64,000 nt of DNA from an uncultured Lentisphaerales bacterium (GTDB lineage Bacteria; Verrucomicrobiota; Lentisphaeria; JABSQK01; UBA12247): the NCBI GenBank assembly GCA_943788985.1, contig CALSSJ010000021.1, positions 1 to 64,000 on the forward strand, read 5' to 3'. The notes under the pieces were generated by a model, which searched no databases, had not been told where the DNA came from, and saw only the letters and a program-made list of their open reading frames with translations. The position numbers were made by a program, and so were the translations under genes. Below are positions 32,448-41,860 of the stretch, one piece after another; the first letter of the stretch is position 1; each line of letters opens with the position of its first letter.

Positions 32448-32476
32448 AAACCTGGGACCGATACTCCGGTCCCAGG
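32448..32476 (-). terminator. Terminator hairpin downstream of the fucosidase gene
   Basis: CCTGGGACCG/CGGTCCCAGG perfect 10-bp stem followed by TTT on the minus strand. Confidence 0.7.
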
Positions 32477-32495
32477 CTTGGGTGCCCTAGGCAGG

Positions 32496-34208
32496 CTATT
32501 TTCCGTACACGCGGACGTGCTTCAGCGACACCGGCGTCTCAGTCCCGTCTTTCGCCACAAGCTTAAGTGCCCAAAGGCGCCGGCCCGGGACATCAATCCC
32601 GGCGTGGAAGTGAGTCACTTTCACCAGCCACTCCTGTTGCCACTCCTCAGCTTCCCAGAGCTTCTGCCAGGTCTTGTCATCGTCTGTGATGTACAAGGCA
32701 AGTCCCTCGCTCTGGTGTGCGTCGGGAAGGTTCTCAATCACGACCGCCTTGACGTCGCGGAACCGCTTCCAATCAATCCGCAGTGACGGAGTCTCGCCTG
32801 CAGCCAGCGCGGTCAACGTAGCAGCTTCGACTTCTGCGACAAGTTCACCGTACTGAGAGCCACCATCTCCAGCCATGCGCGGCAAGCCGACAAGCACGCC
32901 CACTTCCAACGGCTGGTCGATGGTCAACTCCACGACCGTCACGGGCGCATCACGGTCTGCCTCTGCCACGCGGACCGTCAGCTCATCAGCGGTCTGCACG
33001 AAGGTGGCAGGCTGGCCGTTTAGGGCGCGAGCAGCCAGGACCTTGCGCGGCAACGGGTCAAATGCGACAGCGCCGTCCGTCCATTCATAGACGTGTAGGT
33101 ACATCTTCGTGCCTTTATGGCAACTTCCGCCCCAGGCGCCGTTGTTGTAAGGGCCGCTGCGCGTCCCGTAGATCGCGTCTCCGTACGTCTTCAACCACTC
33201 ACCTGCGGCACGAGCCACCGCTGCTTCGCCTTCGGCAAACGTGCCGTCGGGTCTAGGACCAAAGTTCAACAGCAGGTTGCCGCCACCAGTAGTGCAACTG
33301 ACCAACATCTTAATACACTCTTCAGGCCCCTTGAAGCCGTCCTCTCCGCGATACGACCAGCCCTGCCCGACGTGGATGCAGGATTCCCAGTCATTCTCGA
33401 GATCCATCGCCCCGATGGTGCCTTCCGGCGTATAGAAATCACCATCCGTAGCTTTCTGTAGCTCCGGAGTCGCCGGGCCCTGATCTTCAGGAGTCTTGGG
33501 GCCGCAGAATCTGGCCGCGCGGTTGTTCACTAGCAACTCCGGCTGGTTGCGGTACATCATCGCGTATAACTCGTCGAAACGCCATTTTCCCCAATCCTGG
33601 CCGCCGACGTGGTCATACCACATCATGTCGACCTTGCCGTATTTGGTAAGCAACTCGTCAACCTGCCCCATGTACCAATCGTCATACTTTTTGTTGTCGC
33701 CGACTAGGTAGTCCGGGTGATACCAGTCTCGGGTAGAGTAGTAGAGACCGACCTTGATCCCATGCTTGTGGCCAGCTTTGACGAACTGCTCGACAATGTC
33801 TTGCCCATACGGGGTTGCGCTTATGCTGTAATCGCTCAGATCCGTGTCGAACATCGAAAAGCCATCATGATGCTTGGTAATCAGCACCATGTACTTCATC
33901 CCGGATTCTTTTGCGAACTCGGCCCAAGCATCGGCATCAAACTTAACAGGGTTGAATACTTTGAAGTAATTGTCGTACTCGGCGTCGTGCTTGTCGTCGC
34001 TGGGATCCGGGACACCAATGTCCCATGGACGTTGGGCGTTTCTTCCCCAGCCTATTTCCCGCTGCCCCACAGAACAGGGTCCCCAGTGGATAAACATGCC
34101 AAATTTCGCGTCGCGAAACCACTGCATGCGGGCATCGCGCTGTTCTGTCGTCTCATTGATCTGCGGGACATGGCCCATGTCTGCGGGAAAGTGCGATTCG
34201 ATACTCAT
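32496..34208 (-). CDS. Alpha-L-fucosidase (GH29) with a C-terminal beta-sandwich
   Basis: WFRDAKFGMFIHWG, KHHDGF, GLYYS..DW, MWYD, VNNR, WESC, GGNLLLN.GP. Confidence 0.93.
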   Translation of the reverse strand: MSIESHFPADMGHVPQINETTEQRDARMQWFRDAKFGMFIHWGPCSVGQREIGWGRNAQRPWDIGVPDPSDDKHDAEYDNYFKVFNPVKFDADAWAEFAKESGMKYMVLITKHHDGFSMFDTDLSDYSISATPYGQDIVEQFVKAGHKHGIKVGLYYSTRDWYHPDYLVGDNKKYDDWYMGQVDELLTKYGKVDMMWYDHVGGQDWGKWRFDELYAMMYRNQPELLVNNRAARFCGPKTPEDQGPATPELQKATDGDFYTPEGTIGAMDLENDWESCIHVGQGWSYRGEDGFKGPEECIKMLVSCTTGGGNLLLNFGPRPDGTFAEGEAAVARAAGEWLKTYGDAIYGTRSGPYNNGAWGGSCHKGTKMYLHVYEWTDGAVAFDPLPRKVLAARALNGQPATFVQTADELTVRVAEADRDAPVTVVELTIDQPLEVGVLVGLPRMAGDGGSQYGELVAEVEAATLTALAAGETPSLRIDWKRFRDVKAVVIENLPDAHQSEGLALYITDDDKTWQKLWEAEEWQQEWLVKVTHFHAGIDVPGRRLWALKLVAKDGTETPVSLKHVRVYGK

Positions 34209-34333
34209 TGCTGCGTCCGGGTGTTTGGGATGATTTGCTAGAGAATGTGGAGTAAAAGTGGTTAGATCCCGAGGATCTCGTCCAGTTGAGTTTTGTAGCC
34301 GGCCCATGGGGCGATGCTCCCGGGGGTTCGGGC

Positions 34334-35031
34334 TCAGAGTACTTGATAGTGGCTACGGTTGAACGACATCACATGCCCATCGTCCTGGAGTATCGGGAGT
34401 ATTTCGCTGTTGCCGTGAACCGCAATGCCAGCGTGGTCCCTGCCCCCTCCCGAAATACTCCAGTCCGCCATGTTCAGGATACTGTCGGTATGCAGCGGCC
34501 GTAGCGTGACCTCGTCCCAGCCATTAAATCGATCGCAAGCCTCCCCCGCGACGTGGTCACGATTCAACCTGCGCAAGGGGAAATAAAAAGTGGGAAGCCC
34601 CTGATAAATCGCCAGGCCGTATGGCTGAAGCCACGGGCTATTAGCGTACGCCAAATCCAGCCCCTGGGCAAGGGTCGTCCCCGGACAAATAACCACGGAA
34701 TGCCCCCTTAGAGACGAAGAAAGATTTCCTTGCGAATCTCGGAGGTGCGTGCCAAATGAACCACATTGATACTCCCAGAACTGATTCATAACTGGCGCGC
34801 CAATCCAGATGTTGGTGGAGATGTAGCCATCGTAATCGTCCACGTACTGGAACATCCCCAAGGTAATCTGTCTCAGAATACTCGTACGGGCTGCGACCTT
34901 CGCCTTCGTCTTGGCCTTACTGATCGACGGAGGAGTAACGATGCCAGAATGGCGATGATCAAAATCACCACCAGCAATTCCACTAACGTGAACCGCCTGC
35001 GCAGAGAACGCGCATGCTTCCGTCCCATCAT
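34334..35031 (-). CDS. Prepilin-type N-terminal cleavage/methylation protein (DUF1559-like), frameshift near 34930
   Basis: FTLVELLVVILIIAILASLL then PSISKAK..A..LRQI..MY.DDYDG, C-terminal H..DGHV. Confidence 0.8.
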
Positions 35032-35319
35032 TGCCTTCCCCTCTCCAAAAGATTCCACTTGGTCGTGATCTTGCAGACAAGAGATCACGCACCTACCTAG
35101 TTTTGGCCTGCGATCGGTTGCGGCCCATATAACTCGCTTTGCTTCGTGCGCCCGCCGTCGGCAGGCCAGAAGATATCCCAAGGTAAGTTTGGCGCAATTG
35201 CATACAAGTATTTGCAACCAAGCCGCCACAGAAAATGTAGCCACTCGCCCCGCGAAAATTTTTGGGGTATCAAGAGCGGTCAAACTCGGAGGGGGTGATT
35301 CCTCCGGCAGGCGGTTAGG

Positions 35320-35625
35320 CTAATACCCCGGCGCAGGCTCCAGATCGTAATCGATCTCAATGAAGTCAATCACTTCGGGAATCCAGCGATTCTGCACGAA
35401 ACCGACGTGGATCGGGTGCTCGTTATACGCCTCGTAGTCGGCCATGCTGGTAAACTCCATTGAGAGGCCGAAATCAAAGCTGTTCTTCTTCCCGATCTCT
35501 TTCAGGCATTCGAACTTTCTCACGCCAGCAATCGCCGCCAGCCCTCTTGCTGCGTCCAGAAATGTGCCTTCTTCAGCCGAGCCACTTTTGTGTTTGAGGG
35601 TAAATGTAACCGTGTGCCTGATCAT
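35320..35625 (-). CDS. Dabb (stress-responsive A/B barrel) protein
   Basis: MIRHTVTF, FDFGLSMEF, YEAYNEHPIH, DF.EIDY. Confidence 0.88.
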   Translation of the reverse strand: MIRHTVTFTLKHKSGSAEEGTFLDAARGLAAIAGVRKFECLKEIGKKNSFDFGLSMEFTSMADYEAYNEHPIHVGFVQNRWIPEVIDFIEIDYDLEPAPGY

Positions 35626-35743
35626 GACTGAATTTCCTGTATCTAGAGGGTAGTAGAAAAGTAGGGTGACCTGCTAAGCTAGCGAGGTCGCTCCCGAAGC
35701 CTAGAGAGCAATTTCCGGCCCTTAAAGCCACCGCATCAGTAGA

Positions 35744-36616
35744 CTACGCGGTCGCGGTGGCAGGGACCAGCGTGACCAAGGCAATCTCCGGACGACAGTT
35801 GCAGCGAGCACCGTGGATGTTTCCCACGCCGCTGGTGACGTGAATCTGGCGATCTCGCCAAGGCGCTAGCCCATGCACATACCGCGTGTCATCTACCGGG
35901 GCAAATGGGCGTCCCACCCATGGCACCGATATCTGCCCGCCGTGCGTATGCCCGCAGAGCATGAGTTGCCAGCGCTCGCGCGCTAGGTCACCCTTGCCAT
36001 CGGGGTTGTGGCTCAGCAGAACGCGCGGATGCCGCCCGGAGTTGGCAAAGGTAGGCTTCACCGACATTTCGTCAGACCACCAGTCCCCCGTTCCACAGAA
36101 TACGATCCGATCGCGACCAAACCGCACCGGTACGTTAATGTTGTGCAGCACGGTGATCCCCGAGCGCTGGAGAAGGCGAATCATTGCCGACGACTCCCAA
36201 ACCCCGCCGCGCTGCTTGGCCCAGCGCCCACCGTCGTGATTTCCCAACACGGCAAACGTCGGTGCATGCAGCGCCAGCTTGCTCAGCACGTCCTGATAGT
36301 TGTCCACAGCAAGAATTCCATTCGTAATATAGTCGCCGGTCAAGCAGATCACGTGCGGATCAAGCTCGAGCCCTTTCTCAACCGCATCATCAATAAACGA
36401 CAGCGAGACTAGGCGCGAGTAGTGCAGGTCGGAGAGATGTAGAATGCGCAGCTCGTTCGAAATGCCATGGATTGGCGCGGTATGACGGGCGACGCTCAAC
36501 CACCGCGGCTCGATGATGGTCGCATAAGCGGGTAGCGCCACCGCGGTCGCAGCTCCAGTCGTCAGGCAGCGTAGCATGTGACGTCGCGTCACGGTCGACT
36601 TGCGGCGGACGGCCAT
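35744..36616 (-). CDS. Calcineurin-like metallophosphoesterase (YaeI/YkuE-like)
   Basis: SDLH, TGD, GNHD, SHNPD, GHTHGGQ. Confidence 0.92.
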   Translation of the reverse strand: MAVRRKSTVTRRHMLRCLTTGAATAVALPAYATIIEPRWLSVARHTAPIHGISNELRILHLSDLHYSRLVSLSFIDDAVEKGLELDPHVICLTGDYITNGILAVDNYQDVLSKLALHAPTFAVLGNHDGGRWAKQRGGVWESSAMIRLLQRSGITVLHNINVPVRFGRDRIVFCGTGDWWSDEMSVKPTFANSGRHPRVLLSHNPDGKGDLARERWQLMLCGHTHGGQISVPWVGRPFAPVDDTRYVHGLAPWRDRQIHVTSGVGNIHGARCNCRPEIALVTLVPATATA

Positions 36617-36945
36617 CAGATTATTTCGTTGGCCTCAAATAAACCAAGCATAGACTCAGCCATACGGACTGTGCCCCGGACGACAAACCCCGCAGCCCAG
36701 CGCTCAAGCAAGTCTGCCCGTACCGAAGCCTCACAATCGCCAGACATCGGCGCTAGCACATAACGAACCATACGAAAGTCATCTCCATCGGTTACCGGCA
36801 GCACCAGTGTCCCCTCTGTCTGACAGACACCAGTGACCCGATATCCTGGTCCCAGACGGCGACAGGCTTTCGTGATTGCGACTGCAACATCCCCATAATC
36901 CCACGCCACGTCCGAGAGTGAAAAGTTCAACGTCCTGTGAGTCAT
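36616..36945 (-). CDS. Hypothetical protein
   Basis: 109-aa ORF overlapping both neighbours (translational coupling). Confidence 0.6.
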   Translation of the reverse strand: MTHRTLNFSLSDVAWDYGDVAVAITKACRRLGPGYRVTGVCQTEGTLVLPVTDGDDFRMVRYVLAPMSGDCEASVRADLLERWAAGFVVRGTVRMAESMLGLFEANEII

Positions 36946-38345
36946 TCCACGTACAGGTCCGAGCCTAGAGTAACTGAATCGGGGCCATTGGCAATGAGGT
37001 CAGCCTCAGAAACATATGAACATGGGGAAATCTCAATGCGATGAAGTGGCTCGCCGGCTTCGTTTCTCGGAACCTCGTGCCCGGCAGCTTCCAGCCAACG
37101 GGCATGCTCGGCAATCATCAATCTCTCGGCAGATTCGCGGCTGTCGTCTCCTACCTTGTTCTTCACTGGGCCCAGCTCACGCTCCTTCAGCGCCTGGTAG
37201 AGGACATAGCGCTCGGCGCGCGGAAAAGCGTCGAAGATAAACTGCTCCAGCTTCACAGCATTGGCCGCATCCGGTCTCACCATCTCACCAGTTTCCGGAT
37301 CCAGAAACGGGACCTTCTTGACAGCACGGTGAAATGGCAACTGCAGGGCGCGGTCTGTCAGCCGCTCGACGAACGCCCGGTTGATCAGGTGAATCCCGGG
37401 GCTGCCCACGCGAATGGTCAGGCGTCCGTCGTCCTCCCGCAATTGGGCCATAGCATCAGGAAGATCGCTGTACTCGATCACTGTCAGCCGATCGTCGATC
37501 AAGCCGAAGTTTCCGAGTCGGTCATGCGGATGATCCTTCATAATGCAGCGGCTACTCATCTCCGCTTGGTCCTGCAAGTGCAGCCCGACAAAGGTGCGAT
37601 CAAAAATAGTGGTAAGCGCATTGTCCACTTGGAAGTAGCTGAGCAACTCCACCCCGTGATTCTCCATGTGTTGGAGGCAGCCGTTGCGGCGCAGTGCTGT
37701 AAGCGTGCCACCATGGCCATCCGGCGATGTAGCTGGCTCATCTGGCCCAGCCAGCAACATCCCTCCCTGCAGATCAAACACGGGCATCGTCCCCTGCGGG
37801 AAGAATGTGATCTGCTCCGTAGCCAACCCGAAGTAGTCATTCTCCACGAAGAAGGCCCGGGTCGGCGCATCGTTAATCGGACTGGTCATGATGTACCAGA
37901 ACAGTTTCCTGCCAGCCAGTTCGCTCTCACGGCGGATGGACTCGGCAAAAAGCTGAAACAACGATTTATCCCGCAACGGCGAGACCCCATAGGTCCCCTT
38001 CGGCCCATCGTGACCGAGGCGCGTCCCCTGTCCGCCTGCCACCGTCAAGGCTGCCACTTTTCCGGCGTTAATCGCCACCTCGCCTATTGCTGCCGCTTGT
38101 TGATAGCGCTGCTCTTGTGCTGCGGACTCCGCAGGAAAGGGATAGTAACTTGCCGGTCCGAAGTCGTCATAGCACGCGGACTCGCCATCGTGAAGCACCA
38201 GGGCATCAATCAGCGCGGGCATACCATCCCAGTCCCATTGCGCCAACGTCTGTTGCAGCTGGTTCTGACTTACCTGGCTGAGGGTCGCAGCGTGCGACGC
38301 CAAATGCTCTTGCCCGCTAGATTTCAGGAGGGTTTGCAGGTCCAT
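36942..38345 (-). CDS. UDPGP type 1 family nucleotidyltransferase (UAP1-like UDP-GlcNAc/UDP-Glc pyrophosphorylase)
   Basis: AGGQGTRLG..GPKG, IMTS, PDGHGG, VDN, EYSD, KLEQFIFD. Confidence 0.9.
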   Translation of the reverse strand: MDLQTLLKSSGQEHLASHAATLSQVSQNQLQQTLAQWDWDGMPALIDALVLHDGESACYDDFGPASYYPFPAESAAQEQRYQQAAAIGEVAINAGKVAALTVAGGQGTRLGHDGPKGTYGVSPLRDKSLFQLFAESIRRESELAGRKLFWYIMTSPINDAPTRAFFVENDYFGLATEQITFFPQGTMPVFDLQGGMLLAGPDEPATSPDGHGGTLTALRRNGCLQHMENHGVELLSYFQVDNALTTIFDRTFVGLHLQDQAEMSSRCIMKDHPHDRLGNFGLIDDRLTVIEYSDLPDAMAQLREDDGRLTIRVGSPGIHLINRAFVERLTDRALQLPFHRAVKKVPFLDPETGEMVRPDAANAVKLEQFIFDAFPRAERYVLYQALKERELGPVKNKVGDDSRESAERLMIAEHARWLEAAGHEVPRNEAGEPLHRIEISPCSYVSEADLIANGPDSVTLGSDLYVE

Positions 38346-38483
38346 ATCTTCCTCGCGGAGGATTTCAAAATGGGTAGAGTAGCCCCGGGGCGTAGAATTT
38401 CGACCGCAGATACTTCACTCTTGCAGCTGTCCACGGGCCGAGTAGCAGTACGAGCTAATCAATCAACTACTGGAGCCCCATCC

Positions 38484-38789
38484 ATGACTGCCCTGCCCCG
38501 CACTATTTTTCTGTCCCTCTTCCTGGCTCTGTTCACCCTGCTCTGCAGCTGCGGCGGACCGCCCCCCCCAGACGGATCACAGTTTACCCCAGCCATCACG
38601 ACCTGGCTGAACGAAAAGAGCATGGACCTAGCAGTCAAAGAGTATAAGACGGTCACCATTGAAGCAGATACGGCTACAATCGTTGCCTCATTCGTCGCTT
38701 CCGAAGCTCCCACCGTCAGCGTGAAGTACACCATCAAGTTCAAGAAGGACGGCGAAGCCTGGAGGGTCGTATCCGGTAGCCAGAACTAA
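38484..38789 (+). CDS. Small putative lipoprotein
   Basis: Hydrophobic signal ending LCSC-GG; GGAG RBS. Confidence 0.65.
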   Translation: MTALPRTIFLSLFLALFTLLCSCGGPPPPDGSQFTPAITTWLNEKSMDLAVKEYKTVTIEADTATIVASFVASEAPTVSVKYTIKFKKDGEAWRVVSGSQN

Positions 38790-38800
38790 GGCGACGCTTC

Positions 38801-40054
38801 ATGGCAACTCATTCCCTTGCCGGGCCTGGCCGTATCGTCAGCCCGGATCAGCAACTCTCCCTGCTCAAACGCATGCTCGCAGATGCCGGAAAGCTCGAGC
38901 GCGTGCTGATCATCCCGCCTGACTTCACCCGGTTTCATTCCGATGCCGGCACCATTACCGTCCAACTGTATGAACTGCTGCGCGATCGTGCGGAGATCAC
39001 GATCTTACCCGCATTGGGCACCCACGCGCCGATGAGCGGCGAGCAGTTGGACGAGATGTTTCCCGGCATTCCCAAGGACCTGATTCGGGATCATGATTGG
39101 CGCCATGAAGTCATGCCGCTCGGCGAAGTTCCCGCGGACTTCGTCGCTGCCTTGGTCGACAATCAACTAAACTACCCGATCCAGGCAGAGGTCAATCGCC
39201 TCGTCATCGAGGGTAACTTCGACCTGATCTTGTCCGTCGGCCAAGTGGTCCCGCACGAAGTAATCGGCATGGCGAACCATAACAAGAACATCTTCGTTGG
39301 CACCGGCGGCTCAGACACCATCAACAAAACGCACTACCTAAGCGCGATCGATGGCATCGAGTCCGTCCTAGGCCAGCGCGACACTGCCGTGCGCAAAGTG
39401 CTCAACTACGCGGAAGACCGCTACCTCAGCGAGCTGCCGCTAGTCTACGTCCTCACTGTGCGCGGCTATGAAGGCGACGATCTGGTTACCCGCGGCCTCT
39501 ACGCCGGCCCCGGCCGCGACGGATTCAACCAGGCCGTGGAATTAGCGAAAGACGTGAATATCGAGTGGTTGGACCGTCGCCCAGATAAAATGGTCGTCTA
39601 TCTCGATCCTAGCGAGTTTCACAGCACCTGGCTGGGCAACAAGGCCATCTACCGCACTCGGCGCGCCATTGCCGATGACGGTGAACTCATCGTGCTCGCG
39701 CCCGGCGTCAAGATGTTCGGCGAAGATCCCGCCATCGACACACTCATCCGCGAGTTCGGCTACTGCGGCACCCCAGCCACGCTCGAGGCTGTTGAAAAGC
39801 ACGAGCATCTGCGCCAGAACCTCTCCGCCGCCGCGCACCTCGTCCATGGCAGCACCGAAGGCCGCTTCCGCGTCACCTACGCCACCGGTGGCCTCAGCCG
39901 CGAAGAAGTGGAGAGCGTAGGTTACAACTTTGGCGATATCGCCGAACTCTCCAAGCGCTATAACCCGACCTCGCTCTGCCCTGGCTGGAATCAAGTAGAT
40001 GGCGAGGATATCTACTTCATCCGCAACCCAGCTACTGGCCTCTGGAGTATCTAG
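38801..40054 (+). CDS. Lactate racemase (LarA/DUF2088) domain protein
   Basis: PPDFTR, ALGTH.PM, HDW, VVPHE..G..N.NKN. Confidence 0.82.
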   Translation: MATHSLAGPGRIVSPDQQLSLLKRMLADAGKLERVLIIPPDFTRFHSDAGTITVQLYELLRDRAEITILPALGTHAPMSGEQLDEMFPGIPKDLIRDHDWRHEVMPLGEVPADFVAALVDNQLNYPIQAEVNRLVIEGNFDLILSVGQVVPHEVIGMANHNKNIFVGTGGSDTINKTHYLSAIDGIESVLGQRDTAVRKVLNYAEDRYLSELPLVYVLTVRGYEGDDLVTRGLYAGPGRDGFNQAVELAKDVNIEWLDRRPDKMVVYLDPSEFHSTWLGNKAIYRTRRAIADDGELIVLAPGVKMFGEDPAIDTLIREFGYCGTPATLEAVEKHEHLRQNLSAAAHLVHGSTEGRFRVTYATGGLSREEVESVGYNFGDIAELSKRYNPTSLCPGWNQVDGEDIYFIRNPATGLWSI

Positions 40055-40084
40055 TACAAAGGATCAGGCTGCAGACCTCGAGAC

Positions 40085-40595
40085 CTATGTCCTTGAGGCG
40101 ATGGCACCACGAGAGAAGCCAGCAATGAATACATTGGCTGGATCACCGCCATACTCTGTGCAGATCCGACGGACGGTCTTCTTGCAGTACTCGGCCATTG
40201 CCTCGACGTCCCCCATCACGCTGGGGCATTTTTTGCGCTCTGTTTTAGACGAAAGGCATACAGATCGAGATGACGCCTTTGGCTCCTGAGATTCCGTATC
40301 CAAGGTTGCTCCCTTCGACGGTTCCCGGGCTTGTCTTCCATTTATTGCCAGCGTCCTCAACGATCACAGGATACTTCGCCCCCTTCACCCATTCAGTAAG
40401 AAGATAGAGGAGGTGATACACTTCAGTTTCTGCGTAGTTCGCATTGATCTGCCTGACTGTTTTACCAGCAGCAGACGCATTGCCTATCACTGATGGTGTG
40501 ACAAGATCCGGCTTCACGCCCTCAACGTCCTTAGCGACTCGAGACGGCGCACTAATCATCACCGGAATTGGTAATATGGCTAATTGCCTGATCAA
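40085..40595 (-). pseudogene. Truncated, frameshifted alpha/beta-hydrolase-like gene
   Basis: LYL..W..G.KYPVIVE in one frame; GGDP..VFIAGFSRGAIA then stop in another. Confidence 0.65.
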
Positions 40596-40645
40596 TTCAT
40601 CTCTATGGCCACCGCTCAGACCTGGCCCTTGTGGCCAGCTTTTGA

Positions 40646-40954
40646 TTATTGAGTTGGGGCACTATCTCCGATCTTCAACCGGGGAATGTCTCGTGCGCAA
40701 TGAACTATAGCCAGTACGATCCCGGACGGCGTCATGTGGTAAATCACTTGACATGGCCCCTTAATTACCTCACGGATCTGGGGCAGTTCAAGTTCCGGAA
40801 CTATTCTGCCAGACTTTGGGAAAGCTCCAACCTGTACCGACCGGCGCGTGATTCGGTCCACAGCGCGATTCGCATAATCTAAAGACGTTGCTGCGATATA
40901 AGCATGGATACTGTCGAGATGGCCGACGAAAGTATCGGTCTAGTTTACAGACAC
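40646..40954 (-). pseudogene. RelE/ParE-family toxin pseudogene
   Basis: In frame MSVN*TDTFVGHLDSIHAYIA..FPKSGRIVPE..IREVI..VIY..AIVH; TAG at 40940-42. Confidence 0.8.
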
Positions 40955-41230
40955 GCCGGTGGCACCCCGAACCGACGACGTACATACGTGACGCTTTGTG
41001 GCAGGGAGAACTGCAAGGTGAGCTCGGCTGGCACAGCTTATTTTTGCCTGTAGCCGCTTGCCCGACCAGACTACCGAACGACGACGGCATGGCAGAGGAG
41101 AGTTGCCGACTGGAGGCGCGCTGTTCAGTTTGCCAGCTTCCGAATCTCAGCCAGCGCGGATCTTCCGCGTTGAAAAAACGACCACGCTCCGTACTGTCCC
41201 GAATCGGCAAAATCAGGCGGAGACACACAC

Positions 41231-41860
41231 ATGCGCATCCTCTTTCAAGGCGACTCAATCACGGATGCCGGCCGCAATAAGCAGGCACAGGACCAGCCAA
41301 GCGAGCTTTCGGCCCTGGGGCCGGGCTACGCGGGGCGAGCCGCGGGAAAACTACTCGCACTGCAGCCAGACGCTGGCCACGAGGTGTTCAATCGCGGCAT
41401 CTCTGGCAATCGAGTCACGGACCTCTACGCCCGTTGGCGGCGCGATGCGTTGAATCTAAAGCCCGACCTGATCAGCATTCTCATCGGCATCAACGACATC
41501 TGGCATCACTTCGGCAGCAATGACGGCGTCAATAGCGCCCGCTTCGAGCACCTCTACCGCCTCCTGCTGGAGGACACGCGGGCTGAGCTTCCTGATACAC
41601 GTCTGGTCCTTTGCACCCCGTTCGTCACACCCTGCGGGGCTGTTGGCGATGAATGGCCACCAGTTGTCGCCAAACGCGCGGCGATCGTGCACAACCTTGC
41701 CCTAGCGTTTGAGGCGCAGGTCATCGACTTCCGCGGCGCCTTCGAGTGTTGGCTGAACGATGCTCCGGCTGCCTATTGGGCGCAAGACGGCGTACATCCG
41801 ACTCCCGCTGGCCATGAGCGCATGGCCGAGCTTTGGATCGACAGCGTATTCGAAAACTAG
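41231..41860 (+). CDS. SGNH/GDSL hydrolase
   Basis: FQGDSITD, NRGISG, LIGIND, DGVHP. Confidence 0.93.
   Translation: MRILFQGDSITDAGRNKQAQDQPSELSALGPGYAGRAAGKLLALQPDAGHEVFNRGISGNRVTDLYARWRRDALNLKPDLISILIGINDIWHHFGSNDGVNSARFEHLYRLLLEDTRAELPDTRLVLCTPFVTPCGAVGDEWPPVVAKRAAIVHNLALAFEAQVIDFRGAFECWLNDAPAAYWAQDGVHPTPAGHERMAELWIDSVFEN

Larger units (their letters stand above)
29349..32450 (+). mobile_element. tRNA-Gly-anchored islet (hypothetical, RadC-like, HAD, RT); no integrase seen
   Basis: Starts at the tRNA 3' end, visibly more AT-rich than its flanks, accessory gene content, repeats at the left end; right boundary uncertain. Confidence 0.6.

Noticed and set aside
35279..35320. attC-like site after the Dabb gene (GCCTAAC overlapping the stop)
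   Set aside because: Only about 42 nt to an imperfect GTTTGAC, shorter than known attC sites, with no integron integrase or second cassette; more likely a terminator hairpin.
37041..38789. 582-aa plus-strand ORF
   Set aside because: Antisense shadow of the UDPGP-family gene; only the last 101 codons (from 38484) look like a real lipoprotein.
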